Positions 29,495 to 41,516 are shown, numbered from the stretch's first letter. The stretch is 64,000 bases of DNA from an uncultured delta proteobacterium (GCA_963796055.1 CAWCKH010000006.1:32001-96000), one strand, 5' to 3'. The notes: generated by a model from the letters alone, not told the origin. Numbers and translations are program-made.

Positions 29495-32400
29495 GTGGCC
29501 CCAATGCGATCACCCGTCCTTCTCTCCGTCTGGTTCCTCGCTCTCGTCCTCGGCTGCACCGGAGACGTTGCCGGAGCCGGAACTCCCCCTGGCGATCTCG
29601 GTCCGTCGCTGGTCGTCTCTCCGGCCGGCAGCTCGGTTCCGGTGCGGCGATCACTGGGCTTCAGCGCGACGCGGAACGGCGCTCCGGCGGAGGTTCGCTG
29701 GTCGGTGCAGGAGCCGGCCGGAGGAACGATCGACGACTCGGGGATGTATCGCGCGCCGTCCGTGCCGGGCACCTTTCACGTGGTCGCCACGGACATCGCC
29801 AACTCCGCCCTGACCGCCACTGCGGGGGTCACCGTGACCGCCTCGACGATCCAGGTCAGCGTCACCCCGAAGAACGCGACCACGGCGGCGGGAGGCGTGG
29901 CTCAGTTCTCGGCCACGGTGTCCGGCACCTCGACCGGCGACTCCACGGCCGTGACCTGGTCCGTCCAGGAGAGCGGCGGCGGTTCGGTGGACGGCTCGGG
30001 CAGCTACACGGCCCCGGCGGCCACCGGGACCTTCCACGTGGTGGCCACGAGCGTGGCGGACCCCGGGGTGCAGGACGTGGCCACGGTGGTGGTCACCGCG
30101 GCCCCGGACGTCGCGGTGGCCATCGTCCCGGCGAGCGCATCCACGACCCCGGGCGGTGCCCTCACCTTCACTGCCCGGGTGACCGGGACCGGAGCCGGCC
30201 AGTCCACCGCGGTGACCTGGTCGGTCCAGGAGGGCGCGGGGGGCGGGAGCATCGACGCCTCGGGCCACTACATCGCGCCCGCCGGCACCGGCACCTTCCA
30301 CGTCGTGGCCACGAGCGTCGCCGACCCGACCCGGAAGGCCACGGCCGTGGTCCAGGTCGCCGCCGTCCCCGTGGTGACGGTCTCGGTGTCGCCGGATCCC
30401 ATCTCCACCCGGGTGGGAACGAGCGTCGCCTTCACCGCCACCGTCACCGGGCTCTCGGCGGGGCAGTCCTCGGCGGTGACCTGGTCGGTCCAGGAGGGCG
30501 CCTCGGGAGGCACGGTGAGCGCCTCGGGGCAGTACACCGCTCCCGCCACCGCCGGGACGTTCCACGTCGTCGCCACCAGCGTCGCCGACCCGAGCAAGTC
30601 GGACCGGGCGACGGTCACGGTCATCCCGCAGGTCTCCGTCAGCGTCAGCCCGGCCACCGCCGTGGTGCGGGCCGGAGGCTCGGTCCAGTTCTCGGCCACG
30701 GTGCAGGGGACCACGGCGGGCCAGTCCCAGGCGGTGCAATGGACGGTGCGCGAGGCAGGCGGCGGAACCGTCGACGGGACCGGGCGGTACACCGCGCCCG
30801 GCAGCGCCGGCACCTTCCACGTGCGCGCCACCAGCGCCGCCGACCCCTCGCGGAGCGCGGAGGCCACCGTCACCGTCAGCCCGCCCATCTCCGTCTCGGT
30901 GACGCCGGCGACGGCGAGCATCCCCACCGGGGGTCAGGCGACCTTCAGCGCCACCGTGAGCGGCACCGGGTCCGGGGAGTCCACCGCGGTCACCTGGTCG
31001 GTGCGGGAAGGCGCCGGCGGCGGGAGCGTCGACGGCTCGGGGCGCTACACCGCCCCGGGCAACGCCGGAACGTTCCACGTGGTTGCCACCAGCGTCGCCG
31101 ACCCTTCTCGCTCGGGGAGCGCCGTGGTCACCGTCACCGCGCCGCCGGCCATCACCGTCTCGGTGTCCCCGGCGAGCGTGTCCGTCGCCCCGGGGGGCAC
31201 GGCGACCTTCACCGCCACGGTGAGCGGGACCGGGTCCACCGCGGTGACCTGGTCGGTGCAGGAAGGCGCCGCGGGCGGGAGTGTGGACGGCTCGGGCCGC
31301 TACACCGCCCCGGGCAGCGCCGGGACCTTCCACGTGGTCGCCACCAGCGTCGCCGACCCCTCTCGCGCGGGGAGCGCCCTGGTCACGGTCACCGCGCCGC
31401 CGGCGATCACCGTCTCGGTGTCCCCGGCGAGCGTGTCCCTCAGCCCGGGGAGCACGACGACCTTCACCGCCACGGTGAGCGGGACCGGTTCCGGGCAGTC
31501 CACCGCGGTGACCTGGTCGGTGCAGGAAGGCGCGGCGGGCGGGACCATCGACGCCTCGGGCCGCTACACCGCGCCCGGCACGACCGGGACCTTCCACGTG
31601 ATCGCGACGAGCGTCGCCGATCCGTCACGGCGAGGCACGGCGACCGCCGGGGTGACCTCTCCCTCGGGGATCCTCTCCCCCGACCGCCTCACGGTCTGGA
31701 ACCCCGGGGTGTCGGGAGGCATCCCCAACCGGACGACGGTGTGCCGGACGGTGAACTCGCCGGGCAGCTCCGACGCCACCGCCCTCATCCAGGCGGCCAT
31801 CGACGCCTGTCCCGCAGGCCAGGTGGTGCAGCTTGGCCCGGGAACCTTCACCATCGGCACCACCGGGGGCTACCTCCTCATCAACAAGGGCATCACCCTG
31901 CGCGGCGCCGGGCCGGGACAGACCACCCTCCAGAAGACCAACGGCGCCAAGCCGGGGAACGAGCAGCCCGGGCCCAACCCCTCCCCCATCGTCATCATCG
32001 GCGCCGCCCGCTACGACAGCCGCTCCTCCACCTCCACCAACCTCACCACCGACGCCGTCAAGGGCAGCAACTCCGTCACCGTCGCCAACGCCGCCGCCTT
32101 CTCCGCCGGACAGTTCGTCCTCCTCGACGAGCTCTCCGGCTCCGGCTGGCAGACCGACCCCGCCGGGCGTGGGCAGATCTGGGCCTCTCCCGACTTCCAG
32201 GTGGTCTGGCAGCGCCACAACCCGCCCCAGGGCTCCGACGACCCCTTCCCCGACGCCTTCAGCTGGTTCTGCCGCGCCGACCGCCCCACCACCGAAATCA
32301 AGCAAATCGACCACGTCAGCGGAAACACCATTTATTTCAACACGCCCATCCACATCGCCTACCGCATCTCTCACTCCGCCCAGCTCTCCACCTTCAGCTA

Positions 32401-33355
32401 CCCCTTCGTGCAGTACGCCGGCCTCGAGGCCTTGAAGGTCATCGGAGGGGATGACGGCAACGTCCGCTTCCAGTGGACCGCCAATTCCTGGGCCAAGGAC
32501 ATCGACAACGACACCTGGTACGGCGAGGGCTTCGGGCTCGAGCGCTGCTTCCGCGTCGAGATTCGCGAGTCCTACGTCCACGACGCCGCCTGGGCCCAGC
32601 CCGGAGGCGCCGGCTACGCCATCAGCCTCGCCTGGGGCACCTCGGAGGCGCTGGTGGAGAACTCCATCATCGTCAAGGCCAACAAGGTGATGGTGGGCCG
32701 CTCCTCCGGAGCAGCCTCGGTCTTCGGTTACAACTACGTCGACGACGGCTACATCAACACCAACACCGGGTGGATTGAGGTCGGGCTGAACGCCTCACAC
32801 ATGGTGGGGCCGCACCACGTGCTCTTCGAGGGGAACTACGGCTTCAACTGGGACTCGGACCAGACGCACGGCAACTCCATCTACCACACGATTTTCAGGA
32901 ACCACCTCTCGGGTGTGCGGCGTGACTTCACCGACGGTGGGCCGAAGCGCTGCGCAGGCGCGATGTTCTATTCCTACTTCCACAGCTTCGTCGGCAACGT
33001 GATGGGGCGAGCTGGACAGATGGGCGGCTGGGTCTACGAGAGCGGCGACATGGACACCCCGAGCATCTACAAGCTCGGCTGGGACGGTCAGCCGCCCTAC
33101 CCGGTGGACCCGCGGGTCACCGCCACCGCCGTCCGCCACGGCAACTTCGACTACGTCACCAACTCGGTGGTCTGGGACCCGAACATCTCCAGCCGGACCC
33201 TGCCCGACTCGCTGTACCTCAGCGGGCGGCCCGCCTTCTTCGCCGCCGGGCGGGGCTACACCTGGCCCTGGGTGGATCCGGTGGGGACGACGAAGCTCTA
33301 CACGCTTCCAGCCAAGGCTCGCTTCGAGGCCGGTACTCCCTTCGTCCAGCCCTGA
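29495..33355 (+). CDS. Lipoprotein with 8 Ig-like repeats and a C-terminal beta-helix (pectate-lyase-like/GH55-like) domain
   Basis: Lipobox LVLGC; 8 repeats of ~85 aa (VTWSVQE..GG.VD.SG.YTAP...GTFHVVATS.ADP); DATALIQAAIDACPAGQVVQLGPGTF...ITLRGAG beta-helix start. Confidence 0.85.
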   Translation: MAPMRSPVLLSVWFLALVLGCTGDVAGAGTPPGDLGPSLVVSPAGSSVPVRRSLGFSATRNGAPAEVRWSVQEPAGGTIDDSGMYRAPSVPGTFHVVATDIANSALTATAGVTVTASTIQVSVTPKNATTAAGGVAQFSATVSGTSTGDSTAVTWSVQESGGGSVDGSGSYTAPAATGTFHVVATSVADPGVQDVATVVVTAAPDVAVAIVPASASTTPGGALTFTARVTGTGAGQSTAVTWSVQEGAGGGSIDASGHYIAPAGTGTFHVVATSVADPTRKATAVVQVAAVPVVTVSVSPDPISTRVGTSVAFTATVTGLSAGQSSAVTWSVQEGASGGTVSASGQYTAPATAGTFHVVATSVADPSKSDRATVTVIPQVSVSVSPATAVVRAGGSVQFSATVQGTTAGQSQAVQWTVREAGGGTVDGTGRYTAPGSAGTFHVRATSAADPSRSAEATVTVSPPISVSVTPATASIPTGGQATFSATVSGTGSGESTAVTWSVREGAGGGSVDGSGRYTAPGNAGTFHVVATSVADPSRSGSAVVTVTAPPAITVSVSPASVSVAPGGTATFTATVSGTGSTAVTWSVQEGAAGGSVDGSGRYTAPGSAGTFHVVATSVADPSRAGSALVTVTAPPAITVSVSPASVSLSPGSTTTFTATVSGTGSGQSTAVTWSVQEGAAGGTIDASGRYTAPGTTGTFHVIATSVADPSRRGTATAGVTSPSGILSPDRLTVWNPGVSGGIPNRTTVCRTVNSPGSSDATALIQAAIDACPAGQVVQLGPGTFTIGTTGGYLLINKGITLRGAGPGQTTLQKTNGAKPGNEQPGPNPSPIVIIGAARYDSRSSTSTNLTTDAVKGSNSVTVANAAAFSAGQFVLLDELSGSGWQTDPAGRGQIWASPDFQVVWQRHNPPQGSDDPFPDAFSWFCRADRPTTEIKQIDHVSGNTIYFNTPIHIAYRISHSAQLSTFSYPFVQYAGLEALKVIGGDDGNVRFQWTANSWAKDIDNDTWYGEGFGLERCFRVEIRESYVHDAAWAQPGGAGYAISLAWGTSEALVENSIIVKANKVMVGRSSGAASVFGYNYVDDGYINTNTGWIEVGLNASHMVGPHHVLFEGNYGFNWDSDQTHGNSIYHTIFRNHLSGVRRDFTDGGPKRCAGAMFYSYFHSFVGNVMGRAGQMGGWVYESGDMDTPSIYKLGWDGQPPYPVDPRVTATAVRHGNFDYVTNSVVWDPNISSRTLPDSLYLSGRPAFFAAGRGYTWPWVDPVGTTKLYTLPAKARFEAGTPFVQP
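29610..31660 (+). repeat. Eight intragenic ~250-bp Ig-like repeat units
   Basis: TTYCACGT..T.GC.AC (FHV.AT) recurs 8 times; units 6-8 are highly similar at DNA level; boundaries approximate. Confidence 0.85.
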
Positions 33356-33358
33356 TCG
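31679..33358 (+). repeat. 1.68-kb direct repeat, copy 1
   Basis: Near-identical to 52876-54555 at a constant offset of 21197 bp. Confidence 0.97.
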
Positions 33359-34036
33359 GCCGCCCCGGCCGGGAAGCCGGCATAGGCGACGAAGGACTTC
33401 ACCAGCCCGAACATCCGCTCCTCCCAGATGGTGGCGCGGGGAAAGAGCCCGGCGAAGGTCCGCCGATCGAGGAGCTGGACCGACTCGACGATCCGGCGGG
33501 CCTCCGCCGGATTCCGGCGTGCGCGCCATCCACCCGAGGGTGAAGCGGGTGAGGAGCGCCACCCGGGCGCTCACCGGCAGGTGCTGGAAGAAGGGAAAGA
33601 GGAAGTGCGGCTCGAGGGGGAAGTGGCGGTTCGGCGTCTGGACCCAGAAGGCCTTTCCAACCCTCTGGATCTCCTGGGCGACCCTTCGCTGATCCTCGAG
33701 GCCTCCCACGTGCTCGATGAGGGAATTGGAGAAGACCACCTCGAAGGACCCGTCGGCGAAGCGCGAGAGATCGCGGGCGTCCCCCTCGAGGGCGGTGACG
33801 TTGCTGGCCTGGACCGGTCCCGGCGCGTCGATGTTGACGGTGATGATCTGGACGGTCGGATCGTCCGCCAGACCCATGGTCCGCCAGAAGACCTCGGTGC
33901 CACCCACGTCGAGGATCCGGACCGGCCGGGGCAGCGGCGCCAGCAGCGCCCCGAAGAGCTCGAAGCGCCGCCGGCGCATCCGCCTGGCCGGGGAGTCTTC
34001 GCGCTCGAAATCGACCAGCGCCTTGAGAACCGACAT
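33298..34036 (-). CDS. Class I SAM-dependent methyltransferase (frameshift at ~33512, probably a sequencing error)
   Basis: ILDVGG, GDARDL, FSNSLIEHVG, VQTPNRHFPLEPH; removing 1 nt at 33510-33514 restores PDPAEARRIVESVQLL...EERMFGLVKS. Confidence 0.82.
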
Positions 34037-34351
34037 CCGCTCTCCCGGAAGGGCGCGCGAGCGTAGCACCGCTCCCGCCCAGCAACCCCGACACCCCTGC
34101 AACCCGGCCGAGATGAGGCGACGGAAGCCCCGATTCGACCATTCTCACGACAATCACCCGCCGGCGCGGTAACGGCCGCGGGCCCGGTCACTTTGACCCC
34201 ATCGGTCCGCCGTGACCCCGTGGGAATCCCGCTCGCTTCGTCGTCTCGTCTCGGGCAGATTACCTCGCCGCACACGTCCGGCCGAAGTGCGACGCGCGCC
34301 CGCCGTCGGCCGTCCCCGGGGAGTACGTCATGGATTCGAGTCGGGTTCGGG

Positions 34352-37300
34352 ATGGCAGCGCGAGCGGCTTCCTTGCTCGCGCTGGCTTCGCTGCTGCTGG
34401 TCGGATGCGAGCAATCGTCGAAGTCTCCGGACCCGAATCGCCCGCACGAGGGGATGCGCACGAGCGCGCTCACCAGCATCACCTTCGTGCAGGTGGCGTA
34501 CGCCACGCCCCAGACGGACTCCACCACCGTCTCGGTGAAGTGCACCGCCGCTCAGGTCGCCGGAGATCTGAACGTCGTCGCCGTGGGCTGGAACGACTCG
34601 ACGGCCGCGGTCTCCTCGGTCACCGACACCATGGGCAACGCCTACACGCTGGCCGTCGGGCCGACGAGCATCGCCGGCGCCCTCAGCCAGTCCATCTACT
34701 ACGCGAAGAACATCGCCGCGGCGGCGGCGGGCGCGAACACGGTCAAGGTGACCTTCAACCGGGCGGCGGCCTTCGCCGACATCCGCATCCTCGAGTACGG
34801 CGGCATCGACCCGACCAATCCCTTCGATGGCGCCTCCGGGGCCACCGGCATCTCGTCCACCGCGGACAGCGGCCCCATCACCACCACCAACGCCAACGAC
34901 CTGCTCTTCGGGGCGAACATGACCACCGGGGCCACCAGCGGTGCGGGCACCGGGTTCACCAGCCGGGTGATCACCTTCCCGGACAGTGACATCGCCGAGG
35001 ACCAGATCGTGAGCGCCGTGGGCACCTACCGCGCCACCGCCCGGCTGAGCGGCGCGGACTGGGTGATGCAGGTGGTGGCCTTCCGGGGAATGCCCAGCGA
35101 CTCGCAGCCGCCCACCGCTCCCTCCGGCCTCGGAGCCGTGGCGGCCAGCAGCTCGGCGATCAACCTCTCCTGGACCGCGTCCACCGACAACCTCGGCGTC
35201 GCCGGCTACCTCATCGAGCGCTGCACCGGAGCGGGCTGCAGCAACTTCGCCCAAGTCGCCGCACCGGCGGGGACCGGCACCACCTTCGCGGACACCGGGC
35301 AAGCTCCCGGCACCTCCTACAGCTACCAGGTGCGGGCAAAGGACGCGGCAGGGAACCTCAGCCCCTACTCCAACGTCGCCACCGCCACGACCCTGCCCGA
35401 CTCCACCCCCCCACCGCGCCCGGGAGTCTCGTGGCCAACGCGATCAACGGGAGCCGCATCGACCTGACCTGGTCCGCGGCGACGGACAACGTGGCGGTCA
35501 CCGGCTATCTCCTGGAGCGCTGCTCGGGCTCCGGCTGCAACAGCTTCGCGCAGATCGCCACCCCCACCGGCACGACGTTCAGCGACACCGGTCTCACCGC
35601 CGGGGCGAGCTACAGCTACCGGGTCCGCGCCACCGACGCGACGGGGAACCTGGGGCCCTACTCCGGCGTGGCGAGCGCCACCACCCCGGCGCCGGACATC
35701 CAGCCTCCCACCGCACCCTCGAGCCTGAGCGCCACCGCCGGAAGCAACTCGGCGATCAGCCTGTCGTGGACCGCGTCCACCGACAACGTCGCGGTCTCGG
35801 GCTACCTCATCGAGCGCTGCCAGGGCACGGGCTGCAGCAACTTCGCCCAGATTGCCGCCCCCCCCGGGGTGGGCACCAGCTTCGGCGACGTCGGTCTCTC
35901 CTCCAGCACGTCCTACAGCTACCAGGTGCGGGCGACCGACGCCTCGGGGAACCTGAGCGGCTACTCCAACGTCGCGAGCGCCACCACCCTGACCACTCCT
36001 CCGACGCCGGTCATCCCCAACTTCGTCCAGGGCAACTACGCCACGCCGCAGACCAACAAGACGACGGTCACCATTCCCTTCACCGCCGCCCAGAGGTCCG
36101 GTGACTTCAACGTGGTGCTGGTGGGATGGAACGACACCAGCGCCCGGGTGACCTCGGTCACCGACACCAAGGGCAACACCTACGCCCTGGCCATCGGCCC
36201 CACCCAGCGCGCCGGACTGCTCTCGCAGTCCATCTACTACGCGATGAACATCGCCGGCGCGGCGGCGGGAGCGAACACCGTCAGCGTCACCTTCTCTCCC
36301 GCGGCTGCCTTCGCCGACGTTCGCGTGCTCGAGTACGGCGGGGTGGCTCACAGCGGCGCGTTCGACGTGGCGGTGGGAGCAGGCGGAGCGGGGAGCACCG
36401 CGAACAGCGGCACGCTGACCACCACCGGCCCTGGCGACCTCCTGGTGACCGGCGCGATGGTCACCTCGTTCATCAACGGCGTCGGTTCGGGCTACACCCT
36501 GCGCTTCGTCACCAATCCCGATGGCGATCTGGCCGCGGACCGGGTGGCGACGAACGCCGGCTCGTACTCGGCGACCGCGCCGATGAACTCCGGCGACTAC
36601 GTGATGCAGCTCGCCGCCTTCAAGCCCGCCCCGCCCGATACCACCCCACCCACCGTGGCGGTCACCTCACCCGGCGCGGGGGCGACCCTGAGCGGAACGG
36701 TGAACGTGACGGTGACCGCGACCGATCCGGACTCCGGGGTCCAGGCGATCCAGCTCCTGGTGGATGGTGCCATCGTCGGGCTCCTGGCACCCACCAGCCC
36801 CGCGACCTTCTCGCTGAACACCGCGCAGTTCGGCAACGGAGCCCACTCCATCGGCGCCAGCGCCATCAACGGGACGCGGACCAGCGGCTACGCGGCGCCG
36901 GTGTCCGTCACCTTCAACAATCCCAGCCCGGGAAATCCCGCGGCCACCGGCCTCTGGTCCGGGATCACCCCGGTGCCGATCATCTCGGTCCACGTCGCTC
37001 AGCTCCCGGCCTCGAAGATCCTCCTCATCGACGGCCAGTCGCTCGGATGGGACGCGCGGGTCTGGGACACGCTGACCAACAGCTTCATCGCCGCTCCGGT
37101 CCCGGCGAACGTCTTCTGCTCCGCGCACGAGCAGATGGCCGACGGTCGGATCTTCGTCGCCGGCGGAACCAACGGGGGAGCGCACCTCGGGCTCAAGGTG
37201 GGGAACATCTTCGACCCGGTGACCCAGACCTGGAGGGTCCTCCCGAACATGACCTCTCCACGGTGGTACCCCACCGCGACCGAGCTCCCCGATGGACGGC

Positions 37301-38301
37301 AGCTGGTCCTGGCGGGCGAGACCTCCTGCCCCGGATGCGAGGCGCTCATCCCGGAGATCTACAACCCTTCGACCAACACCTGGACTCGTCTCACCGGCGC
37401 CTCGTTCTCGTTCCCCTACTACCCGCACGTCTACGTCCTGCCCGACGGGCGCGTCCTGGTCCCCTCCACCGGCGAGGAGCCCATCGTCAGCCAGGTCCTC
37501 GACATCAACGCCCAGCGGTGGACGCCGGTGGGTGGCTCCACCGCGCTCGAGGGAGGAAGCTCGGTGATGTACCGGCCCTGGAAGATCCTCAAGACCGGCA
37601 AGACGGTCGATCCGGACGACCCGGCCACCCCCTCGACCGCGGTGTCCTACGTGCTCGACATGACCCAGAGCACGCCCACCTGGCGCCAGGTGGCCTCGAT
37701 GGGCTCCGCGCGGACCTACCACAACCTCACCAGCCTCCCCGACGGGAACGTGCTGGTGACCGGCGGCGGGCCCACCACCGCGGCGACTGACACCGCCCAC
37801 GCGATCATGCAGGCCGAGCTCTGGTCTCCCACCAGCGAGACCTGGACCACCCTCTCCTCGATGCACGCGCCCCGCCTCTACCACTCGGAGGCGATTCTCC
37901 TCCCCGACGGGCGGGTGCTGATCATGGGAGGCGGCCGGTTCGAGGACGACACCCTCCCCACCGACCAGTTCAACGCCGAGTACTTCTCGCCACCGTACCT
38001 CTTCAAGGGGCCGCGGCCGGTCATCACCGCCGCCCCCACCAACCTGACCTACGGCCAGGCCTTCACCGTGCAGACGCCGGACGCGGCGCGCATCGCCAGT
38101 GTGGCGCTGATGCGCTTCGGGAGCGTGACCCACGCCATCAACATGGGGCAGCGGTACCTTCCGCTGGCGTTCACCGCGGCGGGCACCTCGCTCACCGTCA
38201 CCGCGCCCGCCGACCGGAACTCAGCCACCCCCGGCAACTACATGCTCTTCCTCGTGGACACCAACGGCGTCCCGTCGGTGGCCGCCGAGCTCCGGCTGTA
38301 G
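34352..38301 (+). CDS. Multidomain lipoprotein: 2 unknown beta-domains, 3 FN3, Ig and AA5 galactose-oxidase-like copper-radical oxidase (frameshift in C7 run at 35406-35412)
   Basis: Lipobox LLVGC; FN3 PTAP..L.A....I.LSW.ASTDN repeats; NVFCS, RWYPT, RLYHS and VTHA catalytic motifs; adding one C fuses ORFs 34193-35467 and 35431-38301. Confidence 0.85.
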
Positions 38302-41300
38302 AGCCCTCGGGGGAGCAGCTCGACCAGCGCGGACAGGTCCAGTCCCGAGGCCTGGGCCCGTCGGAGCTGGCGGGCGCGCCACAGGGTGTAGAGCACCGGC
38401 AGCACCTCGAGGGTGAGGAAGGCGCTGGTGACCAGGCCTCCCAGCATCGGCGCGGCGACCCGCTTCATGATCTCCGCGCCGGCCCCCTTCGCCCAGAGGA
38501 GCGGGAGCAGCCCCGCCCCCATGGTGGTGATGGTCATGATCTTCGGCCGGAGGCGGCGCACCGTCCCTTCCGCGTGCGCCTCCACGATGTCCTCGCGCGT
38601 CCGTAGCCGCCCCTCGGCCAGCCGCCGGTAGAACGCATCGTCGATGTAGACCACCATCACCACGCCGGTCTGCATCGCGAGCCCGGCCACCGAGAGCAGC
38701 CCGACCCAGACCGGGGCCGAGAGCGGATAGCCCAGCCAGTGGAGCGTCCAGACGCTCCCCACCAGCGCGAAGGGCACCGAGACGAGGACGATGAGGGCCT
38801 CGGTCAGGCTGCGGAACTGCCAGTAGAGCAGCCCGAGCATGGAGAGGAGCACCAGCGGGACGATCCAGGCCAGGCGCTGACTCCCCGCGACCAGGAGCGG
38901 GTACTGGCCGATCCAGTCGAGGCGCTCTCCCGGCGCCAGCACGAGCTCCCCGGCGGCCCGGGCGCGGCGAACCGCCTCCTTCGCGCTCTCGACGTACCGG
39001 AGCAGGTCGGTTCCGGCGGACACGTCGACGTGGAGATAGGAGACCCGCTCCTCGCCGTCGGTCCGGACGCTGGCCGCGACCTCCCGATGGACCGGCCTGC
39101 CGAGGAGCGCGAGGGGGACCGGCTGCTCGGGCCTCCCCGAGGAACGAACGGTGATCGCCCGGAGCTGGTCCGCCACCCCGCGCACGGTCCAGTCCTGCGA
39201 GAGCCGCACCGGCACCGCCCGTCCGTCCTTCTCCAGAGTTCCCACCTGGCCACCTCCGAGCACGGTGCGGGTGGTCTCGGTGACGCGCTCCGGGTCGACG
39301 GCGTGCGCGGAAAGCGCGCCCGGATCGGCGGCGAAGGTGAGCCAGGTCTGTCCCTCCGCCGCGTCGAGCACGGCGCTCCGCGTCCCCGGAAGCCCGGCGA
39401 CCACCGCGCGCACCCTCCGTCCGAGCTCCTCCAGTCGAGCGGGGTCGGGCGACACGATGCGCACCCCCACCGGGGTGCGTATTCCGGTGGACACCATGTC
39501 GAGGCGTGCGCGGGCGGGCGCGGTCCAGGCGGACGTCCACCCCGGAAGGCGGGCCCGCCGGTCCAGCCGCTCGATCAGCTCGGTGACGGTGAGCGAAGCC
39601 GTCTCTGGCCAGACGACGCCCAAGGCACGGGTGAGCCACGGCGGCGCCCAGCCCGAGTACCAGCGCCGGACCGGCCGGAGCGGCCACCGCTCACGGGGAA
39701 GCAGGCGGAGCGTGGTCTCCGCCATCGAGAGCGGCGCGGGGTCGGTCGCGGTGTCGGCCCGGCCGACCTTCCCGAAGACCGTCGCCACCTCGGGCAATGC
39801 GCCGAGAGCTGAGTCCTGGAGTCTGAGCTGGACGGCCAGCTCCTCGGGAGGCGCCCCGGGCAGGGTGGTGGGCATGAAGAGCAGGTCCCCCTCGTCGATG
39901 CGAGGCAGGAACTCTCCGCCCAGCCGGGTGGCGATGGGGGCGGCGGACAGGAGCGCGAGCCCGGCCAGGAGCAGGGTCCACACCGGGCGATCCAGGGCGA
40001 GGTGGACGAACGGCCGGTACATCCTCACCAGGGTGCGGGTCAGCGGATTGTCGAACTCGGCCCGGGTGCGTCCCCTGAGGAAGAGCTGTCGGAGGACCGG
40101 GGAGAGCGTCACCGCCACCAGCGCCGCGGCGAGGATGACCAGCGTCTTGGTCAGGGCCAGGGGACGGAGGAGCCGGCCGGTCTCGCCGCTGAAGGCGAGG
40201 ACGGGCAGGAAGCTCAGGGCCGCGATGAGCAACGAGACGAGGACCGCGGGCCCGAAGACTCCGGCGGCGGCGAGGAGCCGGTCTCGCCGCTCGCCCGCGC
40301 CGAGCGCTCCGCCCTCGAGGCCACGGTGTCCGGCCTCCAGCGCGACCACGTCCGCGTCGACCGCGAGGCCGAGGGCGATCCCGATTCCCCCCAGACTCAT
40401 CAGGGTGGAGCGGATTCCCAGGAGCCACATCCCGGCGAAGGTCAGGAGCACGACCACCGTCAAGGTGACCAGCGGGACGAGCGCGCTGCGGAGGTGGAGG
40501 AGGAAGAGGAAGATCACCACTCCCACCACCACCACTTCCTCGCCGAGAGCGCGCCAGAGCGTCCGCTCGATCCGGCTGACGACCTCGGACCGGTCATAGG
40601 CGGTGAGCAGCTCCACCCCCGGGCGCAACTGGGAGCGCTGCTGGGCCAGGACCTTCCGGACGCCGGCGACCACCGTGGGCACGTCGGCTCCGCGCAGGGC
40701 CACCACGATTCCTCCCACGGCCACCGCCCGCCCCCCGACGTCCACCAGTCCGCTGGACATCTCCTGGTCCAGCCGGACCTGCGCCACGTCCCCGAGGCGG
40801 GTCGAGGCCGCACCCGGCGCACCGGTGACGGGCAATTCTTGAAGCTGTCTCACCTTGACTGGAGGGTCGGTGGCAAAGGCGGAGCGGAGCGCCCCGAGCA
40901 CGTCGCCGAAGGCCAGTGCCCGGCTCCGGAGCCGGTCCGACTGCACGTCGACGCGGACCACCTCGAGCTGCCCACCCACCGAGGCCACCTCGGCCACGCC
41001 GGGGAGGGCCGCGAGCGCCGGGCGGAGCACGTCGTCCTGAAAGCGGCGGAGGGTGAACGGCGTCTCGCCGTGGGTCCGGTCGAGGAGCGCGTACTGAAAG
41101 ACCCAGCCGGTGCTGGACGCATCCGGTCCGATCTGAACCTTCGCCTCCGGTGGCAGGGTGGGCCGGATCACCTCGATGCGCTCGCGGAGCTGGCGAAGGC
41201 CCGGTGCGAGATCCGATTCCGACCGGAAGACGACGCTCAGGGAGACCATCCCCTCCATCGACCAGCCCCGGACCTCGGTCGCTCCCGGGAGCCGGCCCAG

Positions 41301-41516
41301 GGTCGCCGCGAGCGGCCGGGCGATCCGGTCCGCCACCTCGCTCGCCGGATGGTCCATCCACTCGACCGCCACGACGAGCTGGGGCTCTCCCAGATCCGGC
41401 AGCAGGTCACGGGGGACCGCGCGCTGGGCGAGGACTCCGGCCAGCGCCAGCAGCGCGGCACCGACCAGCACCCATCGCGGATGGCGCGCGCTCCACGACA
41501 CCAGTCTCGCAATCAC
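38238..41516 (-). CDS. cusA: CusA/CzcA-family heavy-metal RND permease
   Basis: GPDASSTGWVFQY, LGGEFLPRIDEGDLLFMP, DPAPLSM, RLDMVSTG and RLRPKIMT motifs. Confidence 0.85.
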   Translation of the reverse strand: MIARLVSWSARHPRWVLVGAALLALAGVLAQRAVPRDLLPDLGEPQLVVAVEWMDHPASEVADRIARPLAATLGRLPGATEVRGWSMEGMVSLSVVFRSESDLAPGLRQLRERIEVIRPTLPPEAKVQIGPDASSTGWVFQYALLDRTHGETPFTLRRFQDDVLRPALAALPGVAEVASVGGQLEVVRVDVQSDRLRSRALAFGDVLGALRSAFATDPPVKVRQLQELPVTGAPGAASTRLGDVAQVRLDQEMSSGLVDVGGRAVAVGGIVVALRGADVPTVVAGVRKVLAQQRSQLRPGVELLTAYDRSEVVSRIERTLWRALGEEVVVVGVVIFLFLLHLRSALVPLVTLTVVVLLTFAGMWLLGIRSTLMSLGGIGIALGLAVDADVVALEAGHRGLEGGALGAGERRDRLLAAAGVFGPAVLVSLLIAALSFLPVLAFSGETGRLLRPLALTKTLVILAAALVAVTLSPVLRQLFLRGRTRAEFDNPLTRTLVRMYRPFVHLALDRPVWTLLLAGLALLSAAPIATRLGGEFLPRIDEGDLLFMPTTLPGAPPEELAVQLRLQDSALGALPEVATVFGKVGRADTATDPAPLSMAETTLRLLPRERWPLRPVRRWYSGWAPPWLTRALGVVWPETASLTVTELIERLDRRARLPGWTSAWTAPARARLDMVSTGIRTPVGVRIVSPDPARLEELGRRVRAVVAGLPGTRSAVLDAAEGQTWLTFAADPGALSAHAVDPERVTETTRTVLGGGQVGTLEKDGRAVPVRLSQDWTVRGVADQLRAITVRSSGRPEQPVPLALLGRPVHREVAASVRTDGEERVSYLHVDVSAGTDLLRYVESAKEAVRRARAAGELVLAPGERLDWIGQYPLLVAGSQRLAWIVPLVLLSMLGLLYWQFRSLTEALIVLVSVPFALVGSVWTLHWLGYPLSAPVWVGLLSVAGLAMQTGVVMVVYIDDAFYRRLAEGRLRTREDIVEAHAEGTVRRLRPKIMTITTMGAGLLPLLWAKGAGAEIMKRVAAPMLGGLVTSAFLTLEVLPVLYTLWRARQLRRAQASGLDLSALVELLPRGLYSRSSAATDGTPLVSTRKSM

